Shown here one piece after another: positions 52,001-64,000 of a DNA stretch of 64,000 nucleotides; positions within the stretch are counted from its first letter, which is position 1; each line of letters starts with the position of its first letter. A model generated the notes under the pieces. It saw only the letters and a list, made by a program, of their open reading frames with translations. It did not search any database and had not been told where the DNA came from. The DNA lies in assembly GCA_001643675.2 (NCBI GenBank), contig LSRY02000013.1:558001-622000 (forward strand), given 5' to 3'. This DNA comes from Monocercomonoides exilis PA203. Lineage: Eukaryota; Protista; Preaxostyla. Made by a program: the position numbers and the translations under genes.

Positions 52001-55000
52001 CCATATGTTCTGAGAACAGCACAATGTGAGGACTCAGATTGGCAAGTGACTGAAGCTTGTTTTCCATTTCATCAAAGGAGTGAAGAGCGAGATTAGCCAC
52101 CCAGAACAGGATCTGAGCAGCCGAGACTTCCCTCTCCTGAAGAGTCCCAATAGCCATCTCCTTTGTCTTATTCCTTCCATGCAACAACATAAATAGTGAA
52201 TCCCTCAGATCCACAATCAGCTTTTCATGTGGTGATGAGCAGGCCATCGCATCCACCAGATTCGACATTGACGAAGTGGTTGGGCACAGATCCTCCCTTC
52301 GAACAAAAGTGGATTCAGTGTCTGAAGTGTCTGTGGATGAAGTGGATGAAGTGGATGGTGAAGGAGATCTCTTTCTCGATATGTCATCTTCTTCCTCAAC
52401 CTTTTCCAATGCCCATTCAGGAATCTTGTCTGAATCTTTTCCCAGAATGTATTCAGTCGATCCACTCTCAGCCAGCAAATGCTCTGACGATTCTGAATGC
52501 TGAAGGCTTTTCGCATATACCCTCTTCTTCATCCTCTCTTCATCCTTCTTCTCAGCCTCCCTCTCTGCTCTCCTCCACTGCTCTTCTGGCGACATCTCCA
52601 TCGTCACCATCTCGAATGCCTTCGGATCCTTTCTGATGTTATCATTCACAATCTCTCTCAGATCTTCTGCTTCATTCTTTGCCTTTCTCCATCGAACAGC
52701 CAGAACAATTGAAGCAATCAGAACAATCAATAGAACAATAGCCATAATGATCACAATCAATGCCCATGATGATTTCCCTTCTTTTCCTCTTTCAGCAATC
52801 CTTTCATCTCCGCTTGTCTGAGACTCGCTCCTGTTCTTCAGAATAAAAGACTCAGTTGAGCATTTGGAAGATCCAAAATATATTCCAACAGAAACTTCTG
52901 TCTCGCTGCCAGCATTGAGCACGCGCAAAGATGGAACTCTTCCATGAACTTCGTTTTCACTTTTATATCCCTCGTCCACAAATGAATAATCCTCAGAAAA
53001 ATCAGAGCCAGTCTTTTTCAATGAGATCCAGAATGATAAATCGCATGGAAGCAACAACTGACCTTTGAAAATCAGCACAGTCTCGCCTTCAACTTCTTCT
53101 GCCTCCACGCTTTCTAGCATAGGGATAAACAGCTCAGAAGGTCTTTCGGCTTCCATTCCTCGCAGTTCACAGCCTTCATTCAAAATCCACAGAGAAGTGT
53201 TGTCTTTCAGTCCATCTCCACCTTTCAAGCTCTGTATGTTCAACGTCCCAGAATCGCTGCACATAATGTTTCTCCGAGCTGATGGATAATTGGCAATCAA
53301 TGGGCTATTCTCTTTGAATTCTCCCTTCTCGATTCTCATATTCCCACCAGATATTGATAAGGCACCTGCTGATGAGCACGTAATTGTTGTATCCTTCATC
53401 ACAATATTGCTGCTTCTTGCATCCAAAAGCGACCCATTCCATTTGCACAGCTCATTTCCACTCTCGTTTCTTTCTTCTTCTGTATCAGAGCCTCCGTCGA
53501 ATGTGCATGAACTGATGCAAACATCATTACACTGGTCAAGCGACACAATTCTTCCCTTTTGCAAATCGCTTTTGCATCCTCCAAATGAACAATACGAGAG
53601 TTCAATCATCGACAAGCATGACTTGAAGCATATGCAGCTCTCTCTTTCTGCTTGACTTGTTATGTTTTTGATATTCACCAGCGAAACATTCACAACTCCA
53701 CTCTCACAGTCTTCCAACTCTAGTAAACTTCCTTGCTCAGTATTCACTTCATCCACATCTTGCTTTGAAATAGTTACACTTCTGCACGCTGTGCATTCGA
53801 TGAGACTCTTCCATGCATTCACCATTGATGCATTTAATTCGGTAATCTTTATTTCATTGGCTTCCACAAAACGAAACAGGCAATTCCGAAAAGACAGCTC
53901 ACTCACAGTGCAGCTATCAAACATTACGATTCCACCTTTAACTTCCAATAGACAGAACGGAACATCTGCTTTTCCTGTGTGTTCTTCTGACTCTTTACTT
54001 CTAAATCCAACAGCATACAATCTAAATCGACAATCTTCAGCCTCAATTAGACTTTTATGCTCACTTTCTATCCTCTCGCAAAACTCGAACAATATTCGCT
54101 CGAATGTGGCGCTTTCCTTCACAGATATCACGCTTTTCGCATTCCCCATTACAACTCCTTCAACAATTACTGATGCGCTCATTTCGCTACTGAACGACCT
54201 TACAGATACGCTTTTCAGTAACAGCTCGTTCTCTAGCGTTGTGCTCTTTTCCACAAGAATCTGTGAATATTGGCTTCCGATCACGTGACGAGCGCCGATA
54301 TCCAGAGATGTGCATGGAGATGTAATTTCGCCACATTGCTTTGTGCTTGTGCTGTTCATTGCTGTGCCAGACACAAAGATTGTTTCGCTCCGATACACAA
54401 TCACCATCAGCAACAAATCTTCTTCGCTTGCAAATCCGCCTTCCGGGCATCCCCACATAGCCAATTCCTTTACAAATGGCAATCTGAAGTCCAAAACAAA
54501 CTGCTCTTCTCCAACCTGATTTTCTATGTTTTGACATTGCACATACACATCTCTCCCGCGAAATGCTTTGTTTCCAAGAAACGTCACACCACAAAGCACG
54601 AAAGGCAGCTTCATCTCGCATTCACAAGAGCTTTTCAAATACATGCCGCCTCCTCTCCCAGCCAGCGAGCAGAAGCAACTCAGAACGAAAGAATTCACCC
54701 ATTCCATCCATCCTCCATCGCTCAGACTGAACATCACACCTCCTCCTTTGCTGGAAGCATCAGATCCACAACCTTCCATTGTTGAGTTTTCTACCTTCAT
54801 CTTCACACCTGCACTTCCTGGCCACTCAATCAGCGATGGGTGCTGTGATCCATTCTGATCAATATTCTCCAGTGAACACCCAACAATCACAACATTCCAC
54901 TCATCGTCTCCATTTTCTTCCATCATCCCCTTTTGATTTGCGCATTCAACAACAATGGCGCTTTTGCCTTTCAACTCCAAATCTCTGACAGCCGTGTTCC

Positions 55001-57850
55001 ACAGATCTAATTGCGAATTTATTGTGATGGCAATCAGTTCCCTTTGTGACCTCAGATTGGAAATATTTGTGCTGTTAACAAAAACATTTCCTTTCGGAGC
55101 ACTTATCAGAGAAAAGCCAAGATACCCGCCTTCCGAACTCATCACCTCAAAGCAACACTCTTTTATCTTCACATTTCCATCTGCTGCATCTGAGTAAAAG
55201 AGCACATCAGCATTGCTATCAAAGCTGAGAGGCACTTGCATTTCTATCTTCTCAATGTTCAGATTGCCATTGCACCAAACAATCTTCCTTTCCAAACCCT
55301 TCAAATTCGATGCAAATGCAATTGAGGCAACTTCGTCATTTCCTGATATCACTGTTGATGTACCATTCAATGCAACCTCGCTTCTCATCTCTGCACATCC
55401 TCTCACAATAACCGTCTTTTCATCACTTTTCCCAAGCCTTTTTAGTGCCTTCTCAATCGTTGTACATGGATATTCTTCAAATCCGCATACTGCGGCATCC
55501 CCACTTTTGCTCCCGCCAGCATGTGCTTCTTTTGACATGTTTGTCCAAAAATACAAAACCAGTGGAATGGCATTGTTTTCTTTTATTCTTCCTCCTTCAC
55601 ATCCACACATCTGAGTTAAATCTGTCAAATTAAAATTAAATCCTAGTTTATTTCTGTTAATTACAGGAGAAAGATCCTCTGAACTCACAAACATACTCTT
55701 CCCAACATCAGCATTGCATTCTTCAAATATCACCTCTTTCAGAATGAAGTCAGAAGCACTTCCAGCCAACAGCAAACACAGACCACCTCCGCAACCACCA
55801 TTTCCTTCTTCGCCCCTTATTGAAGTACAGTTCTTCAGCTCTGTTGCCCCGTTTCCATCCCTTTCAGAATCTTCTTCGTTTTTTATCTCGGCGTTAGATA
55901 CGTTTCCAATGCTGAACCGTGATCCTTCCTTCATCTCAATGCACAATCCTCCTCCATTTCCACTAATGCATCCACCATTCTCCATCAATCCACCAACTAC
56001 TTCGAATGAGCATTCGCTCCCCAATACACACTCGATTGCTCCTCCATTCTTTTCAAATGAGCTAAAGCCTATTATGGAACAGTTCATAAGCGAAACACTC
56101 TTCCCACCGATTGTCGAAAGAAATCGTAAAGAAAGCAACAGATTCCTCTGTACCACTTTTCTTTCCAGTTATTTTTGAGTTGCTCACACTCATTGAAGCA
56201 CCATTTCGAATATTTATCAGCTCGCAGTTTGCTGTTGAAGACACTTCATCCATTTCCAATCTATCAATTATTCCAAAAGTGCTTGCTCCTCCCAGTGAAA
56301 TAAGAGGAAAGCCAGCCAATGAAATAGAATTTGCGCTAAACTGTGTGATATTAACAGTTCCGCTTATCACTTCCATGAATGCAAATGAAAGTTCAGTGCC
56401 TGTGTTTTTCATTGAAGCAGAGCATTCCTCCATTGTCAATTTTGCTGCGGATTGCACAGAAATAAGAGTATTATGCTGCTGCATTTCTGAGGGTAAAGCA
56501 AACAATAACTGACTCAAAAGAGTGTCTGCTTTGATCTTTACCAATAATAGTTCCAGCCCATTAGCATCTTCCCCAACAGTCCATCCACTTCCTTCGGCTT
56601 GTCCTCTGATTGCGTATTTAGAAGCTTCCAATTCTATTTCATCTGTCATGCTTATTATCCCATTTACGCACACCTTTCTCTCTCCTTCTTGTCTCTCCAA
56701 TGTGTGCTTCAATGTCAAGCAAGGAAATTCAACAAATCCACAGTGCAAGTGATCAAAGCTATCCTTGTCGCTCACAACAAGCTCGTCTGGTGATGGAATC
56801 AGATACACGCACAGCGGGATTCTGACTCTTTCATCTCCTCCATCAAACCCTCGAATTGTGTTGATCGTTGCATTCGATTCAGTCACAGATGAGATTTTCC
56901 TTCCTGTTGCCGTGCATTCCAGATTGACAGAATCCACAAATATGTCACTCCCCCATCTGGCTTCGTTATCTGTGAACAAGGTGGTGATTGAATATTCCGC
57001 ACTTTCATCTGTCACAGTCAAAAACATTCCGCCACCTCTTCCAGTGACTGTCGAGGCAAAGCAATTGCGAATTTCTCCATCTTCAACCTTCAGACACCCG
57101 GAAGCGTCAACTTTCAAATCTAATGCTCCACCTTTTTCTGATTCCGCGCTTCCGCACCTGACAATTGTGCACGCTTTTATTGTCAAATCAGGCAGATTAC
57201 TGTTGGTGCTCACAAGAGAGCATCCATCCGATACTCGAATGATATCGATAAAAGTGCAATTGTTCAGTAGAAACAAAGTTGCTGCACTCTGTGAAAGTGA
57301 AATCAGGCATGTATCACTGAAAATCCTATCCCACTTCACATCTTGCATTTTCAGTTCTCCGCCGTCAAGTGACACAAGCGAATTGAGCAAGTAATTGCCT
57401 TTGCTATGAGCAGAATTCATTGAGATATTCAGATTTGACAGTTTGCATTTTCCACTCCCTTGTATTTTGAATAATCTGGCACTTCTGCCAGCAGCATCTT
57501 CTGTATCATGAATGATACTCAAATCATGAATGCTCCCTGAGCCTCCCTCAACTGCAAATAGAGTTGCATCACCTTCTTTGAATCTCGTATTGATGAATGA
57601 TCCTGAAGATGAAGAGCCAAGAATGGTTATTGCTCCATCACTAATTCCAACTCCTTTCACTTCAACAACAGTTCCTGGAAGCACACTTATTACCTCCACA
57701 AATCCCACAATCATTTGGGAAAGACAATGGCTGATTGTGAGGCATGCACACGATTCATTCAATCCACAGCTGAATGTATCTTTTGCATTTGCTTGATTCT
57801 CCTTCGAGGAGACAAATCTGCATTTTCCTCCTGTGTTTGGAAGCCAATCA
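49098..57850 (-). repeat. Right arm of 8753-bp inverted repeat
   Basis: Reverse complement of 39148-47900. The only differences I found are three homopolymer length changes. Confidence 0.97.
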
Positions 57851-59283
57851 TTTTTGTCACCATTTGCATAATATCTTATTCCATCTGTTCTTGTTGAAAA
57901 GCAACAAACAATTTGTGAATGTGTTGAGTTATCATCAATGAATATGTCATTTCCATATGGAGCGGTGTTGTTATGAAAAAAGCAAAACCACACAAGATTT
58001 CCGTTATATCCATTTGTTTTAATGCTCAATCCGCCACCTCTCCATTCTGAATAACAACATTGAAAGAAACAGTTATGAGCAATGATTTTATCTACTGTTT
58101 CCCAAACAATAAATCCGGCTCCATCGGAATCTCTTGGATCATGTGTGCTGCAGTTCAGAAATGAGCAATCCATTATGCAGTCTTTTGTTTTTAACGTTTT
58201 TGAGTTCCAAATTCCAAATCCACCCCCATCGTTTCCTGACCATCCATGTTTAAAGCAACTGTTTTCAACGAAAACTTGGACCGACACTCCATTTGTCTCT
58301 ATTCCGGCGCCGCCATAACCAAGTGACGATACACAATAGCAATAATCAAATGTGGAATGTTTTACTGTGCATTCGGCAATTCTCAAAGCATAAATTCCAC
58401 CCCCTCTTGTTGAAGTTGCATTGCATTTTATAAACGATGAGTTTTCAACCGAAAGAGTTGCATCCAAATTATCATGCACATACAATGCTCCGCCACAAGA
58501 GGCAGAACATCCATCCCATTCTGAATTCTGGAACTGCTGAGATTGTGTTGTGTCCAAATGCTCATTATTTCCTTTTTTCCAGTCATTTCTTGTATTGTTG
58601 TTGAATGTGCAATTGTCACAGAAAAAGCAAGCTGAACCCAATGTTCCGCACACAACCCCTCCTTCCAGCACATCCGTGGAACCTTCTGTCAAACAATCTT
58701 GTATTGTGCTTTTTATTAGCATTGTCTTTGTGTTGCATCTGCAGTTTTCTTTGCTCAATTTTCTTGTGATATTTGCAAACTTGGAGTTTTTGATGCTTTC
58801 TGAGCATCCTTCACCACTTCTCAAAAAGTTCCCACATCCACAAAACACACAATCTCTGCATTCGCAATTTTCAACCTGAATTCGAGACATTTGCTTGTCA
58901 ATTCTCACAAAACTTTTCATTGCCGTCCCTCTTGTGAAACTCATTTCAGACACGTTCATAAAAATGCATATTCCTTCAGAATGCATTAAACAAGATTTTT
59001 GTATTGGACTTCTAACAAATCTGCAAGTGCATGTTCGTGCTGACGATTGATTATCAACAACCAAGGCGCTTTTCTCGCTCACATGATGAAATATCATTTG
59101 ATGGAATTCCACTGAAGAGTTGAATAAGAAGCATGTTATTTCAGTAACGCTTTCTGTGTCTCTGATTTTGTTTCCTTCGAAAGAGCCTCTATTAATCACA
59201 TTATCCTCTGCTTTGCAATCATAGTTTTCTTCTTTGCATTTAAAGGATATCAGTGCACAAAGGGAAAAAATGAGAAATCTCAT
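51459..59283 (-). CDS. Beta-helix receptor pseudokinase, copy B, about 2607 aa; one apparent frameshift near 56157-56160
   Basis: ORFs 56062-59283 and 51459-56156 join if one extra T is removed relative to copy A. Signal peptide is MRFLIFSLCALISF. The sequence matches copy A from DWLPNTGGK onward and differs over the first ~478 aa. Confidence 0.85.
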
Positions 59284-59712
59284 CTCTTGTTCAATAAAAA
59301 AAAATTGATCTTATTCCTTTATTCCGCTTTCTTTTCGAAATATTTCGTTATATCTTCTTTTGGCTGTGCTAACAGTGATAACAGTAAATGAATTGAGAAT
59401 TTCACATTTCCACTTGGAAAAGTTGTTCTCTTTTCCTTGGTACACTCAATATCATTGATTTTGCTTCAATGAAAATAGTGATTGTCAAAGTTGAGAGTTT
59501 AGCTTGTTTCGAAAAATCTTAAAATGTTTTTGAAATATTGCATTCAACTCTTTTAATGTTTCATTTTCACTATTCTTTGAATTCGCCTTTTCAAAATTTT
59601 GAAAATTTTTATTTATTCAATATTCTTATAAAAAAGCAGAAAATAAAAGAATATCATTCAACTGAAAGAATCAATAAGCATTCGAAGAAATCTTTTAAAT
59701 ATATGCATGTAT

Positions 59713-59977
59713 GGGGTAAAATATTTTGCTTCAAGCATTTTCATTGTAAAATTATTCACTTTTCATTGACTTTTTCATGTCGATAACACAATAAAAATAG
59801 GTCTATTTTTTGAAATTCATGAAATGTTGGAAAAATTAATGTTTTGATTTCAACGATGCCTGTTTGAGGATATAAAAATCAAATTTATTTCTAAATCTGA
59901 GAAAGCTAAACTAAGTTATGAACGAAGTAATTTCAACGCCTTGTGCAAAAAAAGCTTGAAAGTCCGAATTTTCTCCC
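59713..59977 (+). mobile_element. Diverged second copy of the GGGG...CCCC element at 24662-24928
   Basis: Collinear shared blocks: gcattttcattg, cttttcattgacttttt, aacacaataaa, atgttttgatttcaacgatg, aaatctgagaaa, aagttatga and aaaagcttgaaagtccg. Confidence 0.85.
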
Positions 59978-62257
59978 AATTGAACAGTGAGGTACAGGAT
60001 AATCAGAATTTTTTCTATTTCCTTCCTCCCAAATAGATGAATCAACTTCATTTCCAACTGTATCAAATAATGTGTTCGTAAAAAGCACAAAATCTTAATC
60101 CGAAATTTTCCATTCGTTTTATTCATTGAATAAGAATCTTCTTCCTCTTCTTCTGGTTCAAAAGTTTCTTCTTTTCGAGCTTTGTATTCTTTTTCAGTAT
60201 TTTTCATGTATTTTTAAATGAAAAATGAGAATTTTTTTGTGCAACAAAATGAAATTATTTGAAAGAGTGAAAACAAATGCACACTATTTTTCATCATTAA
60301 TGAAACAGAATTAACATTTGATAATCAGTCAACAATACTTTAATGCTATTTGCACATGAAATGATGATTCGATTAAAATTTTTAAAAATGACATTTTGTG
60401 AAAAAATTAAAATCAAAAGAATAAAAACGAGAAAAATAATCGGATTTATTGACAGTCTTATGAGCGTCAACGATTTCACTCAGACAAGAAAAAATTTTCC
60501 GTTCAGCAGACAGAACATCCAGTTTATGAAAAATAATTTTTTTATTATTATGAGTGATTGCAAAAAATGATTGAGAGGCCGTACGAAAAAAAGTTTTCCA
60601 TTTTATTCGAGAAATCCAAAAATCCTAATTTTCATTATTGAAAAACTGATTTTCAAAGTCATTATTGATTTTTTTCACAACCATTTGATAGCATCCAAAC
60701 ATATTTATTAAAATTTCCACTTCCGCACTCAACTTTGATAATTTCACAAATTCAATCAAAATCCAACATTGTCACATCAAAAATCATCACGTGTCAAAAT
60801 ATATAAATGAGTAATAATTTTTGAAAAGTCGCGAATGTTTAATATCTGAGTAAAAAAAAAATTCACCTCTTTTTATCTCCTTTATGCAATATATTTATCA
60901 AACTTTATCATTTTGCCAATTTGAATATTGAAACAAATATGATATGAGAATAAGTGCATAGTGGAGAAATATGATGGATTCACTACGAAAAACAACAAAA
61001 AAAGATTCAATTTTTAGAAATACAGTACGAAAACATTAGCGAATTTTCAAAAAGAGAAATTGATAATCTTCAATTGTTTCATTATAAGTGCTTTATTCAA
61101 CAAAAATCGATTTGTTGTTCAAAAATATCACAATATCGATAAATCATAAATAAGTTAAAGAATGTTCAAATTACATTGAATCATGGTCAAAAAACATTTA
61201 TGTTTTGAAAAATATCTGTTTGCAAGGAATTCTCTGAAATGAAAAAATTGACGGAAAATTAAAATAATATTATATGTGTGTTTGTATGTATGTATGTATA
61301 TTATTCTGTGAAAAAGTTTCACATATATTTAATCGGATATTGTTTTTAAGAGTCGTTTCAATCTTGTTGCAATAATGTCCGATTTCTGTGATCCTGAATA
61401 ATACGCCAATTAAGTTTTTTCATCCATTTAACATCAAAGCACATGTTCTCGGACATACACATAAATAATTGATAAACAGTGTAATTTGCACATCGACAAA
61501 GAAAGCATTAAAGGAATAAAAGAAAGACAATTTTCATTTAAGTATGATTCGTAGGCGATATGACCAGAAAGATTTTATTTTGAAAAAGATATTCCAGATT
61601 TAAAGAAGTTTTTTCTTTCATCTTTCTTCAAAAAAATAATCATTATCATCGTATTTATTGAGGAAATAAATTAAAGAAATGCATCCAGAAAAAAGATATT
61701 CTTATTTTAATATCTCATCGTAATCATGAAGCAGTAGCTAAGGGTTTTAAAAAAAAAAAAAAATAAAAAAAATAAAATAAAAAAAAAACTTTCAATTTAT
61801 TGGTTTCAACATTTCTTCAAATATGAATATAAAGTTTGAAATATTCATTACAATTTTTGTGACAACAATTATCCTGAATTACATATTTTTTGAAAATCTT
61901 TTGAGAAAATTTTAGGAAAAAATCAAAAGAAAAACAAAAATTATATTCAAAATTATTATAACAACTTCTTTTCACTAAATTGAGGATCAATTTTGTACCA
62001 AGAATGTCCAAAATGAAAATTTGAAGTTAAATTCTATCATTCATAAATTGAAAAATGTTCTGAACTTTTTCCAATTTTTTTCAATTGAAATATATTGTCA
62101 CACCAAATAAAATACAGAAATAATTAAAAAGATGAAAAAAACTTTGAATGCGATAAATGGAACAAAATTCATAAAGGATTATAATTTGTCTTATGGTGAA
62201 ACTTCGATCACGTTAAACCATTGTTTAATAAAGAAACAAATCTTTTCAATATCAAAT

Positions 62258-64000
62258 ATGTTTTTTTGGGCTTTTTTGCATGTTTGCTTCAATTTTTTAG
62301 CGTGCGAAAGCTACGTGGGATTGGATTTTGGATCCCGGAATGTAGTCGCAGGGATGATTGGAGGAAAATTTAATAATGAAATTGTTCAATTTCAAAACGG
62401 ACTCCGATACATTCCTTCTTATGTGACTTTGGACGGAAAAAGGAGATACTCTGGTACAGAATCATACGGAAAAGTATGTGTGTCTTGTTCGTTGCATTAG
62501 AATACAAATTTTGACTTAACTCATTGAAGTTTATCAAATCATCAAATCGTACTTTTGTGGATATTATTAACACAGTTGGGAAAAACGAATTACCAAATAC
62601 CTTGAAATTCCCTTTCCAAGGGGCGAAGTTCCATAGAAATCAATCAACTGATCGGTTCACATTTCTTGATTTCCAAAATTCAGTGTATTTATTCCCTGAA
62701 GAAATTGCAGCAACATTGATTCATCATATCGAACGAGAAGTTGAGATTGCTTCAGGAGTGGAAGCTTATAATTATGTAATTGCGATCCCTCCTTCTTTTA
62801 CTCAAGCACAACGCGAGGCTTTACTTGATGCAGCAGAAATTGCTCACGTTAACATAATTGCGCTATTAGAAAGCAACGCAGCATCTGCATTATGGTTTGG
62901 AGCAGAAAGCCATCGAACACTTCCTTATTCGCCAATTTTGCCTTCTCAAAAAACACCAACAAATCATCTTCGGACAGAAACGAAACAAAATCAGGGAAAA
63001 GAACCAGAGGCAGAACAAGCGCAAAAGCAGCAGCACCCGCAGACATCAACAGAAAAGTTAGCAACAAAAATTACATCAACAGAAAAACTGAGCGGAACAC
63101 AGTCAATTCTAAAGAAAGCCTTATCAAAATTTGGACTTTCCAAGCCGAAACAACAAGAGCCCCAATCAAAAAAATGGACGACTCATTTTACTTCATCTGA
63201 CGAGGATTCAAATGTGGCTGCTGGTTCCCATGCTGACAGATCATCTTTGAAGAAGCAGCAAAAGAAAATGCTCGACGGAAACACTATTTTTGAGCATGGC
63301 GACAGGCCATCTGTATATCCTCCGTCTCAATCGAAGTATCCAGACGAGGTGCGTCCGGTGTTTTTTGTGGATGTTGGCGCAAAACAAACAACTTTTTCAT
63401 TTGTGGAGTTCCGATTCGAGCAGAAGGAAGTTGTTAAGATGGTAAAAAGCTCAGCGCCAAAAGAGCAGTCTGAGAATAGCACAGCTGCTGGAGATGAAAC
63501 AGATTCCAAAGCGGACAATTCAACAAGCAAAGGAGAAAGCAGTAAGACGGAAGAAAGAAAAGTGGAAGAGCGGTCCGTGGTTCGCAGCTACGGCATGATG
63601 GACATGCGGCACGTGAAGACATACGACATGTTGGGCGGATTTCGCTTTGACGAGCCGCTTCTTAATGACGCTGTGAAGCAGCTGTGCTATGTGCTCCATC
63701 ACAAACAGTACGAGCAGACTGCAAATGGTACAAGCAGCCAGAATGGAGAAAATGAAGAGGAAGAAGACGAAGACGAAGAAATGTGCAGCTCTCCCTCTGC
63801 GCTTTTGAAGGAAGTCAAAGAGCGAAGGAAGCTGGAGGCCGCGCGGGCACAGAGAAAGAAGAAGGGAACCGGACCGAAGAAGCTGCGCTATGGCTATCGG
63901 ATGGACGACTTCGATGTGAGCGACGAGGTGAAGACGCCTGAAGAGCGTTTGGCTGAGCTGCATGAGGACGAAGACAGGGAAAAGGAGATCGAGAAAAAGC
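62258..64000 (+). CDS. Hsp70-superfamily ER chaperone, Grp170/HYOU1/Lhs1-like; 3' part outside the window
   Basis: Signal-peptide-like MFFWAFLHVCFNFLAC, then VGLDFGS..RYIPSYV. After the intron 62474-62529 the frame reads PEEIAA..VIAIPPSFTQAQREALLDAAEIA..ASALWFG, VFFVDVGA and LGGFRFD, and stays open to the window end. Confidence 0.8.

Noticed and set aside
39148-57850. Palindrome as a giant transposon with 8.7 kb TIRs
   Set aside because: The outer ends fall in frame inside homologous coding sequence, there is no TSD and no transposase inside. Recombination between paralogues explains it better.
60200-62200. Possible gene in the AT-rich stretch before the Hsp70-family gene
   Set aside because: Only short ORFs without motifs, and no supportable exon chain.
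1-64000. CRISPR arrays, rRNA, tRNA or bacterial operons
   Set aside because: None recognised. The sequence is eukaryotic with spliceosomal introns and has no regularly spaced repeat-spacer pattern.

Overview
Eukaryotic, intron-containing, standard-code genomic DNA: genes end in TAA, TAG and TGA, and introns are short, AT-rich GT-AG. Gene style and the large Cys-rich receptor/pseudokinase family suggest the oxymonad Monocercomonoides or a close relative (inference). The first 24 kb is a compact housekeeping block: 3' end of an unknown gene, VPS16, ARPC1, AP-3 delta, DNA polymerase alpha subunit B, an SCP/Psr-type CTD phosphatase and an exportin-6-like karyopherin. 24.1-25.7 kb is a nest of three non-autonomous DNA elements. 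It is followed by a prokaryote-type P-type ATPase with two 5' introns (probable lateral transfer), a spliced Sola-like DDD transposase and a degenerate low-complexity tract. The main structure is an 18.7 kb palindrome with two 8753-bp arms (39148-47900 and 49098-57850), in which I found only homopolymer-length differences. The arms carry the shared ~2130-aa C-terminal part of two tail-to-tail, intronless ~2600-aa beta-helix receptor pseudokinase genes. Their ~480-aa N-terminal modules are different paralogues joined at a common DWLP motif. The 1.2 kb spacer holds a dead Rab-like GTPase. The window ends inside a Grp170/HYOU1-like ER Hsp70 gene.
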